A stretch of DNA of 64,000 bases from Eledone cirrhosa. Lineage: Eukaryota. Below the pieces are notes generated by a model that worked only from the letters and a program-made list of their open reading frames with translations, did not search any database and was not told where the DNA came from. Numbering within the stretch: position 1 is the stretch's first letter; every line of letters begins with the position of its first letter. A program made the position numbers and the translations under genes. This document shows positions 1-13,162 of the stretch, piece by piece. The stretch spans positions 228,222,001 to 228,286,000 of the forward strand of contig OZ024742.1 in assembly GCA_964016885.1 (NCBI GenBank), in the 5' to 3' direction.

Positions 1-1
1 T

Positions 2-352
2 CACATCCGCATTCATACAGGAGAGAGACCATATCTTTGTGGCATCTGTGGTAAATCTTTCTCTCAAAGTGGTGACTTGATTCGTCACAAACGCACGCAT
101 ACAGGAGAGAAGCGATATCACTGTGACATCTGTGATAAATCATTCTCTAGCAGTGCTCACAATCGCATTCATACAAGAGAGAAGCTATATCACTGTGACA
201 TCTGCAGTAAATCATTCTATACACATACTAAATTAACTAAACACAAATGTATTCATACAGAAGAGAAGTCATATCACTGTGATATATGTGATAAATCATA
301 TCCTAAAAGTAGATCTTTAACTCAACACAAGTGCATTGATACTGCAAAATAG
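2..352 (+). CDS. 3' end of a C2H2 zinc-finger gene (ORF enters from upstream of the window)
   Basis: Frame from position 2 reads [37 protein letters not shown]...CIDTAK*. It has CxxC-x12-H-x3-H repeats and TGEKP-like linkers. One finger is shortened ([13 protein letters not shown]). Confidence 0.85.
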   Translation, partial: HIRIHTGERPYLCGICGKSFSQSGDLIRHKRTHTGEKRYHCDICDKSFSSSAHNRIHTREKLYHCDICSKSFYTHTKLTKHKCIHTEEKSYHCDICDKSYPKSRSLTQHKCIDTAK

Positions 353-618
353 ATTTGAAATAGAGAAAAGCCATATCAATGTGTTATCTGGTAAATCACT
401 CTCTCAAAAATCTCTGTTAACTACACATGTATGTTGTAATACATTAGTGTAACTATATCAATGTGAAAACTCATTCGATAAAGAACATCTCATATACCCA
501 TAAAAGTATTCACATGACAAAGAAGATATCACAATGTGTTATAAGAACCTCACACTACTATCTTTCATAGCACAATTATATTCTCATTGGTCAGATAATG
601 TACTATTGTGATATTTTA

Positions 619-624
619 AATAAA
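619..624 (+). promoter_or_regulatory. Candidate polyadenylation signal of the first ZNF gene
   Basis: AATAAA in the context AATAAAATTATTCTTT...ACATTT, which recurs after the other two ZNF genes (15015-15020, 51504-51509). Confidence 0.5.
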
Positions 625-669
625 ATTATTCTTTTAGAATACATTTTTGTTTTTCATCTAACATATTTC

Positions 670-963
670 TAGAAGCATAGATGAGTTGTGAGAAAATAAT
701 TTAAGAGGAACCAGTGTGCATGAAAGAAGATTGCACTTGTGTATAGATGATTATCATTGGGTGAAGAAGTATCAGGAGATCTGAGTTTGAAGAAGCTGCA
801 GTTGAGGTAGATGAAGAAAGACTTGGATAGATCTGGTGAGAGCAGATCTCAAAACACTGAACCTCAGAGTAGAGGATAAAGGAGTTCAACAAATGGAAGG
901 AGGCTATACTGAGAAAATCTCATCTAACCCATGTAAACATGGAAAAGCTGATGTATAATGATG
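670..963 (+). mobile_element. Degenerate RTE LINE 3' fragment
   Basis: Decayed similarity to the C-terminal RT region of the RTE copies in this window; ends in ACCCATG...GGAAAAG...ATGATG. Confidence 0.55.
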
Positions 964-1744
964 TTTGTTTGACATTGTGGGTAAATGGCTGAGAAATGTA
1001 TTCTTGTAAATTAGTGATAATAACACTGTACCGTTTTTGTGTTAGAAATAAATACCAAATCATAAACGAAAATGTTTCATTATGCCATAGTCAGATTCTA
1101 AATTGATAGATCTTATTTATATAGCATCATTTTCCATGCTTGCATGGTTTAGATGAATTGTCACGTTCTGTGACATGTTAGGATAGGTGACCATATCTTG
1201 CAGATACAGATCTGTTTTAGGTTTGGTTTCTAATGCCAGAGATATTACAGCATGGACTTGATGCTTTTTATACTGACACTAAAATGACCATCAAACTGGG
1301 TGGACTCAATATTTTTGTTTTGTCATTAGTACTAGTACTTTACTGGTTGATCTCAGTGCATTTTTCTTGTTACCATGTTGACTGGGTGCTTTTTTGTTGT
1401 GTCATCCACACTATTTCCTTATTGGGTGGAATGGGTGCTTAATTGTCCTGTCACCAGCTCAACCCCCTTACAAAGTGGTGTGGGTGATTTTGTTGTGACA
1501 TCAGCTCCATCACCACACAAGTTAGACAAAATGTTTTTTTGTAGCAGCAGTCCAGTGGGAGAGCAGGTATGGAGCATGTCCAACTTTCCAAGCTTGTATG
1601 TGTGAGGGAGATCTGAAGTAGGATACTTAGTGGGGGAGGAGGAAGATTGGTGCAGACTAGTGTCCTACATATGTTTCATCCTGTGCACATTGGAAAGCAG
1701 CTTCTCTGTAGTAAAGTTGATTGCCAGAGATTTTGATCCTGTGT

Positions 1745-2745
1745 CATCTTTCAAATGATTAATTGTGCGATGTCAGTTTTTATCACTTCATCCCAACCTC
1801 CCCTAGGACATCTGTTTCCATAGTTTTTATCAGCTTTGAGTGCCTTGCACCTTTTTATACAGCTGTCATCCTCCATACGCATCACATGTCCATACCATCG
1901 TTATCTCCTCTTCTGCGCACTGCATTTAACTCCACTTATGCTCAGTTTTTTTCTCAGTTCATTGATGCTTCATCATTCATGTACTCTACTTTTCCACATC
2001 TATTGGAGCATGCAAGCTTCATTTCTTTCCAATCTTCATAGGTTCTTTGCACATAGAGCCCAGACCTCAGTACCATGCCGAATTGCTGATCAAACACAAG
2101 CATCATACAATCTGCCTATCATTTTGAGGCAAAAGCCTTTTGTAGCTAGCAGCAGTAACAGCTCCATGAACTTTTTCCATTCCCTTCTTACTTTGGCTCT
2201 GTACTTTCAGAACACCCGTCTCCATTGCTAATTTGGTCACCATGGTAACAGAAACTGTCAACTACTACAGAGCCCTTGGGTCATTTGATAAAGCTTGTTT
2301 TATGTGAGCTTTTACTGCTTACTGTTCTTAAGCATCTACCATATATAAAAGCTACATTCTTTGCTGGTCTGTCTGAGGTCCTGCTACATCTCTAGTGTAT
2401 GCATAGCTTGCATTTGGACTGTAGAATGAACTTTCTACTCACACCTTTCCTGCACACTGAGTAGGACTCTGCTTTCTTTCTACTTACTAGGATTTTAGTC
2501 TTTATCAAATTGAATTTAACTTTTATGACCTGGTCCATCCGTTTGATGCCTCTATAGTTTCCTCTGTCTAATGCATTTCCTTTACACTTGTAGCAGTGAA
2601 CAATGATGCTGATACACTAGCCATTGGGTATGAAATTCTATATTACTTGGTTTATGATACGGGTGGTTAAGGTGTGACCCAGTATCTCACCAACTATGCC
2701 CTACAGTTCAGGTGCTTTGCCTATCTTCATATCCTTAATTGCTGT
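1745..2745 (-). mobile_element. Degenerate RTE LINE RT fragments
   Basis: Reverse strand matches the RTE RT C-terminus ([11 protein letters not shown]-like) and the CYKCKGNALDRGNYRGIK region of the 40445 and 45704 ORFs, with internal deletions. Confidence 0.75.
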
Positions 2746-3049
2746 CCCAGCACATTGGTGATATGCACCAGACCTACTTTGGCATTATGGTCTTAAAAAA
2801 GTGTGTGTGCAGCGTTCTATAGAAAGTAAAAAACTATCAACATGTGTGAGTGTGTACGTGCACATACATACATGCATGTGCGCGTGTGTGTCTGCATGCA
2901 TGTGTGTATGTGTGTGCGGTGTTCCACAATCACCATTTATTTCAATCACTCTTGTGAAGATATTCACGTAACTTTCACTCATTTTTTCATTTAATCCCCA
3001 ATTTAATTTTCAAAAAGGTTTCTGAGAAAAATGTTTTCACTCTCTACAA

Positions 3050-5030
3050 GAGGAGATGGGATAGATGTAGATGATCAGTATTCTACAGTGAAGCAAAGAC
3101 AAGTACAGGTAGCCAGAGTAAGGTCACTACAGACCCCTGCACAATGACAGCAAAGACTTGAAAATGACTGGAGGAGAGCTGCTGCACACAGGGCCAATGA
3201 GTTACAAGGGAAAAACGGTTAGAACAATTATGTCAACACGATGCAATCCGCAGGAGCCAAAAGTAAAAAAAGGAAAGAGAAAAACGTTTAAAGGATGCAA
3301 GACAAAGACAAGCTGCCAGAGTTGCCAATGAGACAATAGGTCAGCGAGAGATTAGACAAAGAAAAACCAGGAGCAAACAGTTGCTGCAAGACTTCGCCAA
3401 TCCTCAGAGGAAAGACGTAAGCGTCTTGATCAAGATAGGCTGAATACATTTGACAAAAGTTCAAGGGGAGTTGGAAAAGATCAGCTTTCAACTATGATCC
3501 AAAACATGATTATTCTACAGAGAGATTGATTGATATTGGAGCTATGTCAAAAGAGTGCAATTTTTGTAAAGGAAAGAAATAAGAAAGAGAAACCACCAGT
3601 GTTGTGATGGAGGAACGGTTGTTTTACCAACGTCTGGTACATCCCCAGATACTTTGAAGGCATTGCTTTTGGGAAAATCACCAAGGAGCATGCACTTCTT
3701 GAAAAACATTAGGAATTATAATTCTGCTTTCCAATTGACCTCCTTTGGTAGCAATATTATAAGAGAAGGGGGTATGAAGCAAACTTTTAAAGTTCAAGGT
3801 CAAGTATACCATCATATTGGATCTTTGTTGCCAACTGAAAGCAAAAATCCTCAATTTTTACAGCTATATTTTGTGGCAGAGCTGGCTGCATTTGTGAATG
3901 AACACGAACCTAAACTTTTTCCAGAACAACGCTGTGCATATGATAAAATTATTTCGTCAGTCAGAGAAAAATGGAGGAATTTTCTTTCTTGATGTGCCTG
4001 GTGGCACAGGTAAAACATTTGTAACAACATTGCTTCTCTCCAAGCTTAGGTGGCAAAAAAGAATTGTACTTGCTGTAGCATTGTCTGGCATTGTTGCCAC
4101 CCTTCTCCCAGGAGGATGAACAGCTCATTCTGCTTTTAAGTTTCCGCTAAACCTGGTCACAAATGACAGTCCAATTTGTAACAGAAGGAAAGGTTCAGAT
4201 TCACCAGAAGCGTTGCGTCCGTTGCGCCAATGCCATCTGATCATTTGGGATGAATGCACTATGTCACATAGAGGTGTAATGGAAGCTCTTGATAAAACCT
4301 TATAGGACATAAGAGGCAACAATAAATCTATCGGCCGAGTTGCATTAGTTTTATCAGGAGACTTCAGCCAGACATTACCAATCGTTCCGAGAAGAACGAG
4401 AACTGATGAAATAAAAGCATGCATTAAGTCTTCGCACCTATGGAATAAAGTACAGAAATTCTCCTTCAATACTAACATATGAGCTTTATTACATGGGGAC
4501 CAATGTGCAGAACAGTTTTCAACCCAGCTCCTCCAATTAGGAAATAGGAAAGTACCAATTGATGGGAATTGTGATATCAGTTTGGCTCATATTGCTATCA
4601 TGGTGGATTCCCCAGCTGAATTGAAGAACAGGGTATTTCTAGACTTAAGTAATTATTATAATTCACATAAATGGTTGCGTGAAAGGGCAATTCTTGATCC
4701 AATATTGAGACAGTAGCAAGGATTAACCATCAATTAATAAATAAGATTCCAACAGTCATTAATAAGTACAAATCAGTTGATTCAGTACTTGATGAAAATC
4801 AAGCTGTCCACTATCCAACAGAGTTCCTTAATTCTCTTGAGCTACCTCCACATTAAGAAAGCTCAAGGTCAGACTTCCAAATCTACTGGCTTGCATTTAA
4901 TTCAGCCTTGCTTTTCTCATGGTCAACTTTATGTTGGTTGCCCCGGGGTGGGCAGTTTACAAAACTTTTTGTCTATGCTCTAAACCAAAAAACAAAGAAT
5001 GTTGTTTACCCAGAAACTCTTACGTAATTT
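3050..5030 (+). mobile_element. Degenerate Helitron RepHel with the Rep core deleted
   Basis: N-terminal Helitron motifs (FLKNIRNYNSAFQLTSFG, FKVQGQVYHHIGSLLP, PQFLQLYF) join near 3878 to PIF1-type helicase motifs (FFLDVPGGTGKT, IIWDECTM, SGDFSQTLP, FSHGQLYV). Stops and frameshifts present. Confidence 0.9.
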
Positions 5031-5090
5031 CCTTCAGCATATGTGATAGAATTTATTTCCCTTCATAAAAGTGGTAAATTTTGTATTTTC

Positions 5091-5277
5091 GTGGCAGTAT
5101 CGGTAAGGGTCGGACGCCATGCTTTGAAGCATAGAGTTACCTCCCTTTATGATCTGAGTTCAAATCCCGCCGAGGTTAACTTTGCCTTTCATCCTTACGG
5201 GGTCGATAAAATAAAGTACCAGTAATGCACTGGAATAATTGCTGGCCTTGTGCCAAAAGTAGAAACAATTATTATTA
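5091..5277 (+). mobile_element. tRNA-derived SINE with a Meta/MESC-like core
   Basis: B-box GAGTTCAAATCC, core GCCTTTCATCCTTACGGGGTCGATAAAATAAAGTACCAG and (ATT)n tail. Other copies at 5857, 8820 and 11320. Confidence 0.8.
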
Positions 5278-5857
5278 TCTATATATTAATACGCTTATAC
5301 CTACGTACCGTACGGATGTCCGACCGTGTGTGTCACGCTTTAAGTAATATAAATAAAAGTCAAATGACGTCCGTGAGATGTGCTAAAACAATGGAAGTGG
5401 GGTGGTAAACAATCTACAAAAATCTACGGCGAAAGAAAATCAAAGAGGGTTGCAACGTTTGGAAAGGAGCGAGATAGGGGGTTATAATATAGAGAAAGGG
5501 ATGGGTTATTATATATATAGAGAGAAGGGGATTATAATATATATAGAGAGAGAGGTGATTATACTATATTTAAAGAGAGGGGTTTATAATATAGAAAAAG
5601 GGATGGGTTATAATATATAGAGAGAAGGGGGTTATAATATAAAGAGAGTGGGTTATAATATAGAGAAAGGAGGGTTAAAATATATATATATAGAGAGAGG
5701 GGGTTAAATATATATGTAGAGAGAGGGGTGTTATAATATATAGAGAGGGTGGTTTTAATATATAGAGAAAGGGATGGGTTTATGTATATAGAGAGGGGTT
5801 TTTTAATATATTTAGAGAGAGGGGATTATCCATGAATTTTTTCACGGGTCCAGCTAG
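5278..5857 (+). mobile_element. Non-autonomous Helitron
   Basis: 5' A|TCTATATA; 3' imperfect hairpin CCATGAA-TTTT-TTCACGG followed by CTAG|T; internal GA/TA-rich minisatellite. Confidence 0.7.
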
Positions 5858-6049
5858 TGGCAGTATCGGTAGAGGGTCGTACGCCATGCTTTGACGCATA
5901 GAGTTACGTCCCTTGCCATTCTGAGTTCAAATACCGCCAAGGTTAACTTTGCTTTTCATCCTCACGGGGTCGATGAAATAAAGTACCAGTAATGCACTGG
6001 GTAATTGCTGGCCTTGTGCCAAAAGTAGAAACAATTATTATTATTATTA
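5857..6049 (+). mobile_element. SINE, same family as 5091
   Basis: Close copy of 5091-5277 with an (ATT)n tail. Confidence 0.8.
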
Positions 6050-6707
6050 CTATGTCCAATGTCCGTGCATTACTGACTTGTGGAGTTATGTCGAACAGCT
6101 ACTGTCGCGTGTGGAACGAATCCGGCTATCGGCCGAGTCCATAGTGAAGATCGAGCCGCCACCTTCCTTAGGTCAGGAAGAGCAGGAAATTTTCCTGTCT
6201 GGTGGCAGTTGCGAAAGAGATTATATGGTGGACCAGGTTGAAAGGACTAAAGACAGACACTTTTCTCTTCGGCCAATCCCTCATCAACTTCTTCAAGTTT
6301 CACCTGGAAAGGAGGGTGAGGGTGGAGAGAGAAGTGCTGCCCCCCCCCCCCAGTACATTTGCTAAAAGGTGGGTGAATGTGGCGAGAATGGCTCGTGTGA
6401 ATGGGCCTACTCTGACCATGCGCCTATAGGCTGGCTAACTTGAGGAGAGGGGTGCTCTTCTGGGTGCCCTAGAAGCGCAGGGTGGTTCAGGATTGGTGGG
6501 GTACCCGAATCACCCCAGGGTCGTCCACCCCCTATCGGGGAATTTATTTTGTTATATTTATGCATAGTTTATTTTATATTTTTATATTTTCATTGTTAAA
6601 TTAGTCTTGCCATTGTGCACTTTTACTCGACCTTATTGTAAACCCCCACTGTCCCTGTCTTTGTATTGTCCCCTACATGTCGGCCCTTGTGGCTAATAAA
6701 TGAAATC
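6050..6707 (+). mobile_element. 5'-truncated Tx1/L1-clade LINE 3' end
   Basis: Reads QCPCITDLWSYVEQLL...KEIIWWTRLKGLKTDTF...FAKRWVN, a zf-RVT-downstream C-terminus. The 3' end GCCCTTGTGGCTAATAAA is shared with the minus-strand copy at 58275. Confidence 0.7.
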
Positions 6708-7798
6708 ATTATTATTATTATTATTATTATTATTTTTTTTTTTTTTTGTATTATGAATTCACAAATGATTTCATCATGTATCCCAATTGAAGAATAAATT
6801 GAATTTAGGATAACAAATTTCTATACAATATATTTTGCTTTTTTCTCCTAATATATAAGGAACAATTTCACTCCCGGACAACGCCAGGTCTCTCTGCTGG
6901 TAACACATATAGCCATACACTATATCACATCGCTTACATAAACGTTCATATATTTGCATCATAATATTTATATTTCCATCCCTAATTTTCTCTTTTTCGT
7001 TTTCATAACATTTAGCCGTAATGCAGTTTATATATAATATCGTCTTTTTTTAAATGTATCATTGATTACTTTACTGATTACAGAAGAGAGTGTAACACAG
7101 TCTCTCTTCAATTTCTATGCATATTGTCAATTACAATATTATTTGACGTATCATATCTACATGCATATATATTTGCGTATATCAATATGCACACTACACA
7201 TGCTAGCAGAAAACCACCCGAAGTTAGTTTTTCTGTTAGTTAAAGTAATAATTGATTCTTTTATTCATGCGTTTTTATGTTAAAACCTTCTAAAACTTCC
7301 CAGTATACTATTGTGTGTGCTTGTATGTATGCAGTATGCATACACATAGTACATCCACTTTATCACTGGTTACCAACCCATATAATCCACTTTACCTATA
7401 TTTAAACCCTTATATTTTACCTGATCTTATTTATTAATTTAGGTAACTATTTGCTCATTTACCTCTGTATAACCCACTTTTTCTTGTTAATTCTTCACTT
7501 AAAAACACTCCTTCAGCCAGTAAGCCCAGTCAATAAATAGCCTTACACGTCACCCTATTCCAATGACCATTATGCCCCTTCTCCCCAACTCTATTCATAC
7601 CCATTAACCCCCACCAACACTACATCTTTTTGACCCCTTGCCTGTAGAGATATACTTACAATTCTCTCCGCTGTTTCCATCAGAGCACTTTACTACTATG
7701 ACAAATTCAACCAAAGCACTACCAAGACTACCACCCCAATGAAAAGCTTGCTGTACACACAGACAGAAACCGTTTCTTGCCGCGGTCGGGATTTTATA

Positions 7799-7864
<66 letters not shown>

Positions 7865-7879
7865 GATAGATATAAACAC

Positions 7880-8005
7880 ACTCGATCGTGCGCTTGCATT
7901 CACTTATGTTTATTTTAAACATCCCATGCTTCACTGACATTTCATAACTGCGCATGATCAACCGGATATTGATTTCATTAAGCCGGGCTCTATGATAAAG
8001 TATAT
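7880..8005 (+). promoter_or_regulatory. Conserved non-coding block, candidate ZNF promoter element
   Basis: Clear homolog at 28395-28518 with core CCATGCTTCACTGACATTTCATAACTGCGCATGATCAACCGGATAT. Function is inferred only. Confidence 0.35.
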
Positions 8006-8819
8006 TTTAATATTATTTTCAAACGATTCGTATCTATCTTTAGAATATACTTTTTAGCATAAAGCAAACAAGTTATTGTGGCGTAGTCATATTTATCAAC
8101 TATAATACGTAAAGGACGGAAGAAATACAAGGACAAAGCGGCAGTTAGAGAATATTAGTAAATGTCCTCCGTTCCATTCGACCACACAGCTGTGATTAAT
8201 ACGAGGTATTTTATCTTAACATTTTCTTTATTCAATCGTCTTTGCTTTGGGGTATCATTGACAGAAAATTCCTATAAACCTTCTCTTTATTGAAGAGAAT
8301 GTAAAATCCAACAATCCAGCGTACCGTGTGTTTTGATTAAATAATTGGAGTAAATAAAGTGAATGAAAGAAAAAGCTTAAGTTTTCTTTTTCTTCAGTTA
8401 TCCCTCCATCGAAGGTGAAGCATTCATTTTGCTTTTTCTAATGGCTAGAATATATGTGGTCGTCACACCTGCATACTCATATATTTCTCCGCTAACTAGA
8501 ACATTTGTGCCAACCCATTGTTGAATTAATAGTCAATTACTGGCGAAATATGAACATTTAACACATATTTACATACCCACCCGTTATATACATATCTACA
8601 CACTATTGGATGGTCGGTAACTCACATGAGTTCCTTCGCCCTTAGGTTTTATTTTTCTTCCTGCAGGGTGTCCCAAATCACCCTCCTCACCAAGCAAACT
8701 TGGTGCGGTTGCCGGTTTAGTAGCCTACGACACGACCATGTGACAGGTTGTATTAGGTTACATGTTACCAGTAGCACACAAGAATGACCTGACACTCTTC
8801 CTCCTAACAAACATAGAAT

Positions 8820-8995
8820 CAGTAGAGGGTTGGAGGCCATGCTTTGCAGCATAGAGTTACGAGCCTTTACGGTTTGAGTTCAAATCCAACCAAGGTTAAC
8901 TTTGCCTTTCATCCTTACGGGGTCGATAACATAAAGTACCAGTAATGCACTGGGATAATTGATGGCCTTGTGCCAAAAGTAGAAACAATTATTAT
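8820..8995 (+). mobile_element. SINE, same family as 5091
   Basis: Same B-box, core and 3' end. Confidence 0.8.
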
Positions 8996-9059
8996 ACTTA
9001 CTTTATTTTTGTTGCCAACACTGTTGGTGCTGAGCTATTATCAATAAAGCCGTCTTCAC

Positions 9060-10800
9060 TGAAGTCTACTAGTGCTAATGAAGTTGTAACTGCTGGAAAA
9101 GAAACCTTCAAGATTTGCAGAACAATCTATGCTCGATTTTTGACAGATCTGAGGACAGAAGGATAAATAATATCCTACTTTCCTTTAAAAATCCTGCTGC
9201 CCCAGCTGTCATGATGAATGTCTAGAATCTGGTTAAGGAGCTTTCAAGAAAAAGAACTGGAAGTGTCAACTTTATTGCGGGTGAAGATCATCTCAAGACC
9301 TGTGGGACTCGTTTCAAAAACCTCCTTAATGCTCCAACTACTGCTGTAACTAATATTCCCATTAATAAGATCTTCGATGCGTTTAATAATATCAAACAAG
9401 GAGATTTCTCGCAAGCTGAAATCAACTCAGCAATTCGTTAAATGAAAAATGTGAAAGCTCCTGGTCTTGATAGCCGAGCACCAGAGTTCTGGAAACTCCC
9501 CAAGATGGAGAAGATTCCTTCAGAAGTTCTGCGATGAAACTTACAATGGCAATTGACCTAAGGAGTTGGGTATATCAAGCCTTTCTCTAATCCTAAAGAA
9601 AGGTGATCTGCGCTTCACAGACAACTACAGAGGTATATCTCTCACTCAAGTTGCTTCTAAAATATACAATCATTGTTTGCTGAACAGAATCCATCCAGTT
9701 ATTGACGCAGTTTTTGTCCAAACAGGTAGATCCACAACATTTGATCTCTCTTTACGTAGAATTGTCAAGGAGCTTAAAAATTATGACAAGGAAACAGTTC
9801 TAACGTTTATTGATTTCTGTAAAGCCTTTGATTCAGTTGATTGTACCAAACGTTTCCCAATTCTTGAAGCTTATGGAATTCCTTCTGTTGTAGTTGCTGC
9901 TATTGGTGTCATGTATGAGAATGTACCAACTGTTGCTCTTGAAGGAGGGACCAACATGTTTACAATCGATACAAGTGTTTTGCAGTGTGATTCATTTCCT
10001 TGGTTCCTTTTTATATGTTTGGACTATGCCCTTCACACTGCCATCACAGATACTGATAGTATAATCATCAAGAGCCATCAGAGTCACCGTCACCAAGCTA
10101 TTGTGCTCTCTGATCTTGACTATGCAGATAGCACCACACTTTTAGAAGATACAATTGAATCAGCTCAGGATCTCCTCCATCTTGTTGAGACTGCCTGCCA
10201 GGAGGTTGGTTTGTTTTTCAATGCTTCAAAAACTAAATTCATGCTTTTGAATCGATCCACTCTCGGGCCACTACATTCTTCTGATGTTTCACCTATCAAA
10301 CTGGTTCAAGAATTTAATTATTTGAGTGATTACATTGACTCTAAACATGATATGACCACTAAAATTGGTCAAGCATGGTGTGCAATAAATTCACTACAAA
10401 AAGTCTGGAAAGCTCCTGTCTCATGATCTACAAAGTGCAAAATCTTCAAAGCTATGGTCGAGACTATCTTACTATAATGTTCAAAATCCTAGACTCTGTG
10501 TTGCTGACTCAAGGAGACTTGACAGTTCCTATACCATGATATGTGGTGTTCAAGATTTCGTGGCAAAGTCGTACTACCAGCAAAGTTCCTTATGGTGATC
10601 TGTCACAAGTTTCATTGAAAGTTTGATGATCCCATCGCTTGGCTCTTGCTGGTCATGTTTCCACAATGATGAACCTGCAGAGAAACTGCGTCTCTGGTCA
10701 CCTTTTGCAGAGCGCTGAGTAGGATGTCCAAACATAACCATCGGGACTCTGTTGGCAAGACACTGGCCACACTGGACAGGATTTTGTTGCTGTGATGAGA
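9060..10800 (+). mobile_element. Degenerate non-LTR retrotransposon RT, RTE-like, a different family from the (GAT)n-tailed RTEs
   Basis: ORF 9566-10426 has NYRGISL, FIDFCKAFDSV and SDLDYADS (YADD mutated). No PHD-like insert. Confidence 0.85.
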
Positions 10801-11049
10801 AATTGGGAAGTCTGGAACAAGAACTTTGTGTATGCTTCACATTCAGTGGGGGGATGATGTAAGAAGTATAATGATTTCTAAATGAGATTAATACAAAAGA
10901 ATTGAGGGTAGTTAGAGGAAAACAGATGAAATAATGAAAATAATTACAAGGCTCTCCTTTGGGGAAATGGCATTGCTCCTTATGTAGGAAAAGAATAGGT
11001 AGAAACTATATATGGTGCACTTAATACAAATCTTTGGTACACAGGATGT

Positions 11050-11790
11050 GTAGTGGAATAGCAGTAGACTTTGTATGTAGCAGATACACTGGGATAACTT
11101 TTTCTAATCCCTAGAAGGATCTATAGAAGTGGTTGATAACTTCTGCTACTTAGGTGATCAAATTTGCAGTAGGAGAGGTTGCTACAATAGGAACAGAACG
11201 GAAAAAGTTCAGGAGCTGGTACCTTTGCTGACAACAAAAGTTCTCTCTCTAAACAAAGGGTTGGCTTTGTGATGCCTGTGTGCAATGTTGCATGGTAATG
11301 AGACATGGGAAATAATTGCTTCTCCTTTTGGCACGAGGCCAACAATTTGAAGGGAAGGGGTAAGTCAATTAAATTGACTCTAGTGCATTACTGGTACTTT
11401 ATTTTATCAACCTCGGAAGGATAAAGAGACGTAACCATATGCTACAAAGCATGTCCAATGCCCTACCAATAATGCCAATCCACCAGTTAGTTTAGGGTTA
11501 GAGAAATAATGCAGAGCATATGCGAAGGTTGGAGAGAAATGAAACTAACTTGCTTTAATGGATGTGCAATGTTAATATGTATGAATGGAAAAGCATGGTA
11601 TAAGAAGAAACATGTAGTATGCCAAAGAAGACTGCTGGTATGGACATGTCATGCATATGGATGATGATCATTGGGTAAAGAAGAGCCAAGAATCCTAGTG
11701 GAAGAAAACTGCAGTTGACAGATACCAAAAAAGACCCGGGTGAAAGTTGGGCAATCTGATCTCAAAATCCTGAAGCTAGTGATTCATCAT
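11050..11790 (+). mobile_element. Degenerate RTE 3' fragment interrupted by an antisense SINE (~11320-11485)
   Basis: Remnants of MLHGNETW, LERNE and WYGHVM. The inserted segment is the reverse complement of the 5091 SINE core (CTGGTACTTTATTTTATC). Confidence 0.65.
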
Positions 11791-12520
11791 TACTATCATC
11801 ACAATTTTACATCTATTTTTCATGCTGGCATAGCTTGGATGGGCTGTTATCTTCTGATGTGAGACAAGTCAAGAGAGCCACACCTAGCACATAGGCTGCA
11901 TTTTGACACAGTTTCTTTGATTGGGTGCCCTTCGTAGTGCCTAGCACTTTGCTGAACCTACCGGGTGCATTTTATCTTGGCACCAGCACCACCACTTTAC
12001 AAAGTGTATTGGGTGCATTTTATCATGGAACCAGCACTACCACTTTACAGAGTATATTGTGTGCTTTTAATCATGACAATAGCACTACCTCTTAGATGTG
12101 TATACTGAGTGCATTTTATCATAAGACCAACAGTAATGTTACACAATTTGCAAGTGTAACTGTAGTTTAGCAACATCATCATCATTTAACATCCATTTTT
12201 CACACTTAGATGGGTTGTCACATGTGATAAGTCACATCCAGAAACCACATCAGGCTCATGGGGATCTGTATTTTGGCTTGGTTTCTATGCACTTCCTGAC
12301 ACCAACCATGTTACAGTGTGGACTAGGTGCCTATTTTATGGTACCAAAACGACCACATTACAGGGTGAAGTGAGTGCTTTCTGTCATGTCACCAACAAGA
12401 CCACCTTACAGGGTAACTGGGTAATTTTTGTTGTGTCACCAGCACAACCACCTTACAGTATGGATTGTGTGCTTTTGTTGTAGCACCAGAGCAGCATACA
12501 AGTTGGACTTTGTGCATTTG
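11790..12520 (-). repeat. RTE-tailed non-coding elements with degenerate ~45-50 bp tandem units
   Basis: (CAT)n tails and repeated CACCACTTTACA...GGGTGCATTTT units, matching the reverse complement of the RTE 3' UTR unit CACCCAG...TGTAAAGTGG. Confidence 0.55.
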
Positions 12521-13030
12521 TCATGCCAATGGCATTGTGGGAGATCAGATGTCGAACATCATCCACCATATAAGGTGGTAGTGCTGAAGTCATGATAAAA
12601 TATTCCCACTACACACTTAAGTGGATGGTGTTAGGAAGGATATCCAGCTATAGAAACCATGCTCTCAGTAATAGCTGTAGTGTGGTTATTGTTAGGAAGG
12701 ACATCCAGTCATAGAAACCAAGCCATAAATGGAATGCAAGAGCAAGTAATGGTCAAATTACTAGTTAAACCTCAAAATACAAGAGCTTGTCTAACCTATG
12801 CAGGCATGGAAAATGGATGTTAAACGGTGATAATGAATCTTATGGTGTATCTGTAATCTATAAATATGTAGAAATCACAAAAGATTGTATTATGTAATTT
12901 TAATTACAAATTAAAAGGTAATCTTCAATTGTTCATGTAACTGTTTATATCAATAGTTTATCTATATAAAAATGTAGTAAAATTTCCACTGTTGAATCTC
13001 TATATTTAAAGTACCCTCATATCTTATACT

Positions 13031-13048
13031 GTTTCTTTATTATTTCAG
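13031..13048 (+). promoter_or_regulatory. Splice acceptor upstream of ZNF gene A coding exon
   Basis: Pyrimidine-rich GTTTCTTTATTATTTCAG, identical in the paralog (ends 49750); about 115 nt before the ATG. Confidence 0.6.
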
Positions 13049-13162
13049 AACATCAGATGTCATTGATATTAAAGAATTCTTTATTCAGATACATCATCTT
13101 TTAAATACTAAAGGAAGTCATTATACTGAACAGATATAAAAAGGGAGTGAAAAAGAAAAATT

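Noticed and set aside
11940-12520. CRISPR-like regularly spaced repeats
   Set aside because: These are degenerate tandem units from RTE/SINE UTRs, with no unique spacers or cas genes, in a eukaryotic context.
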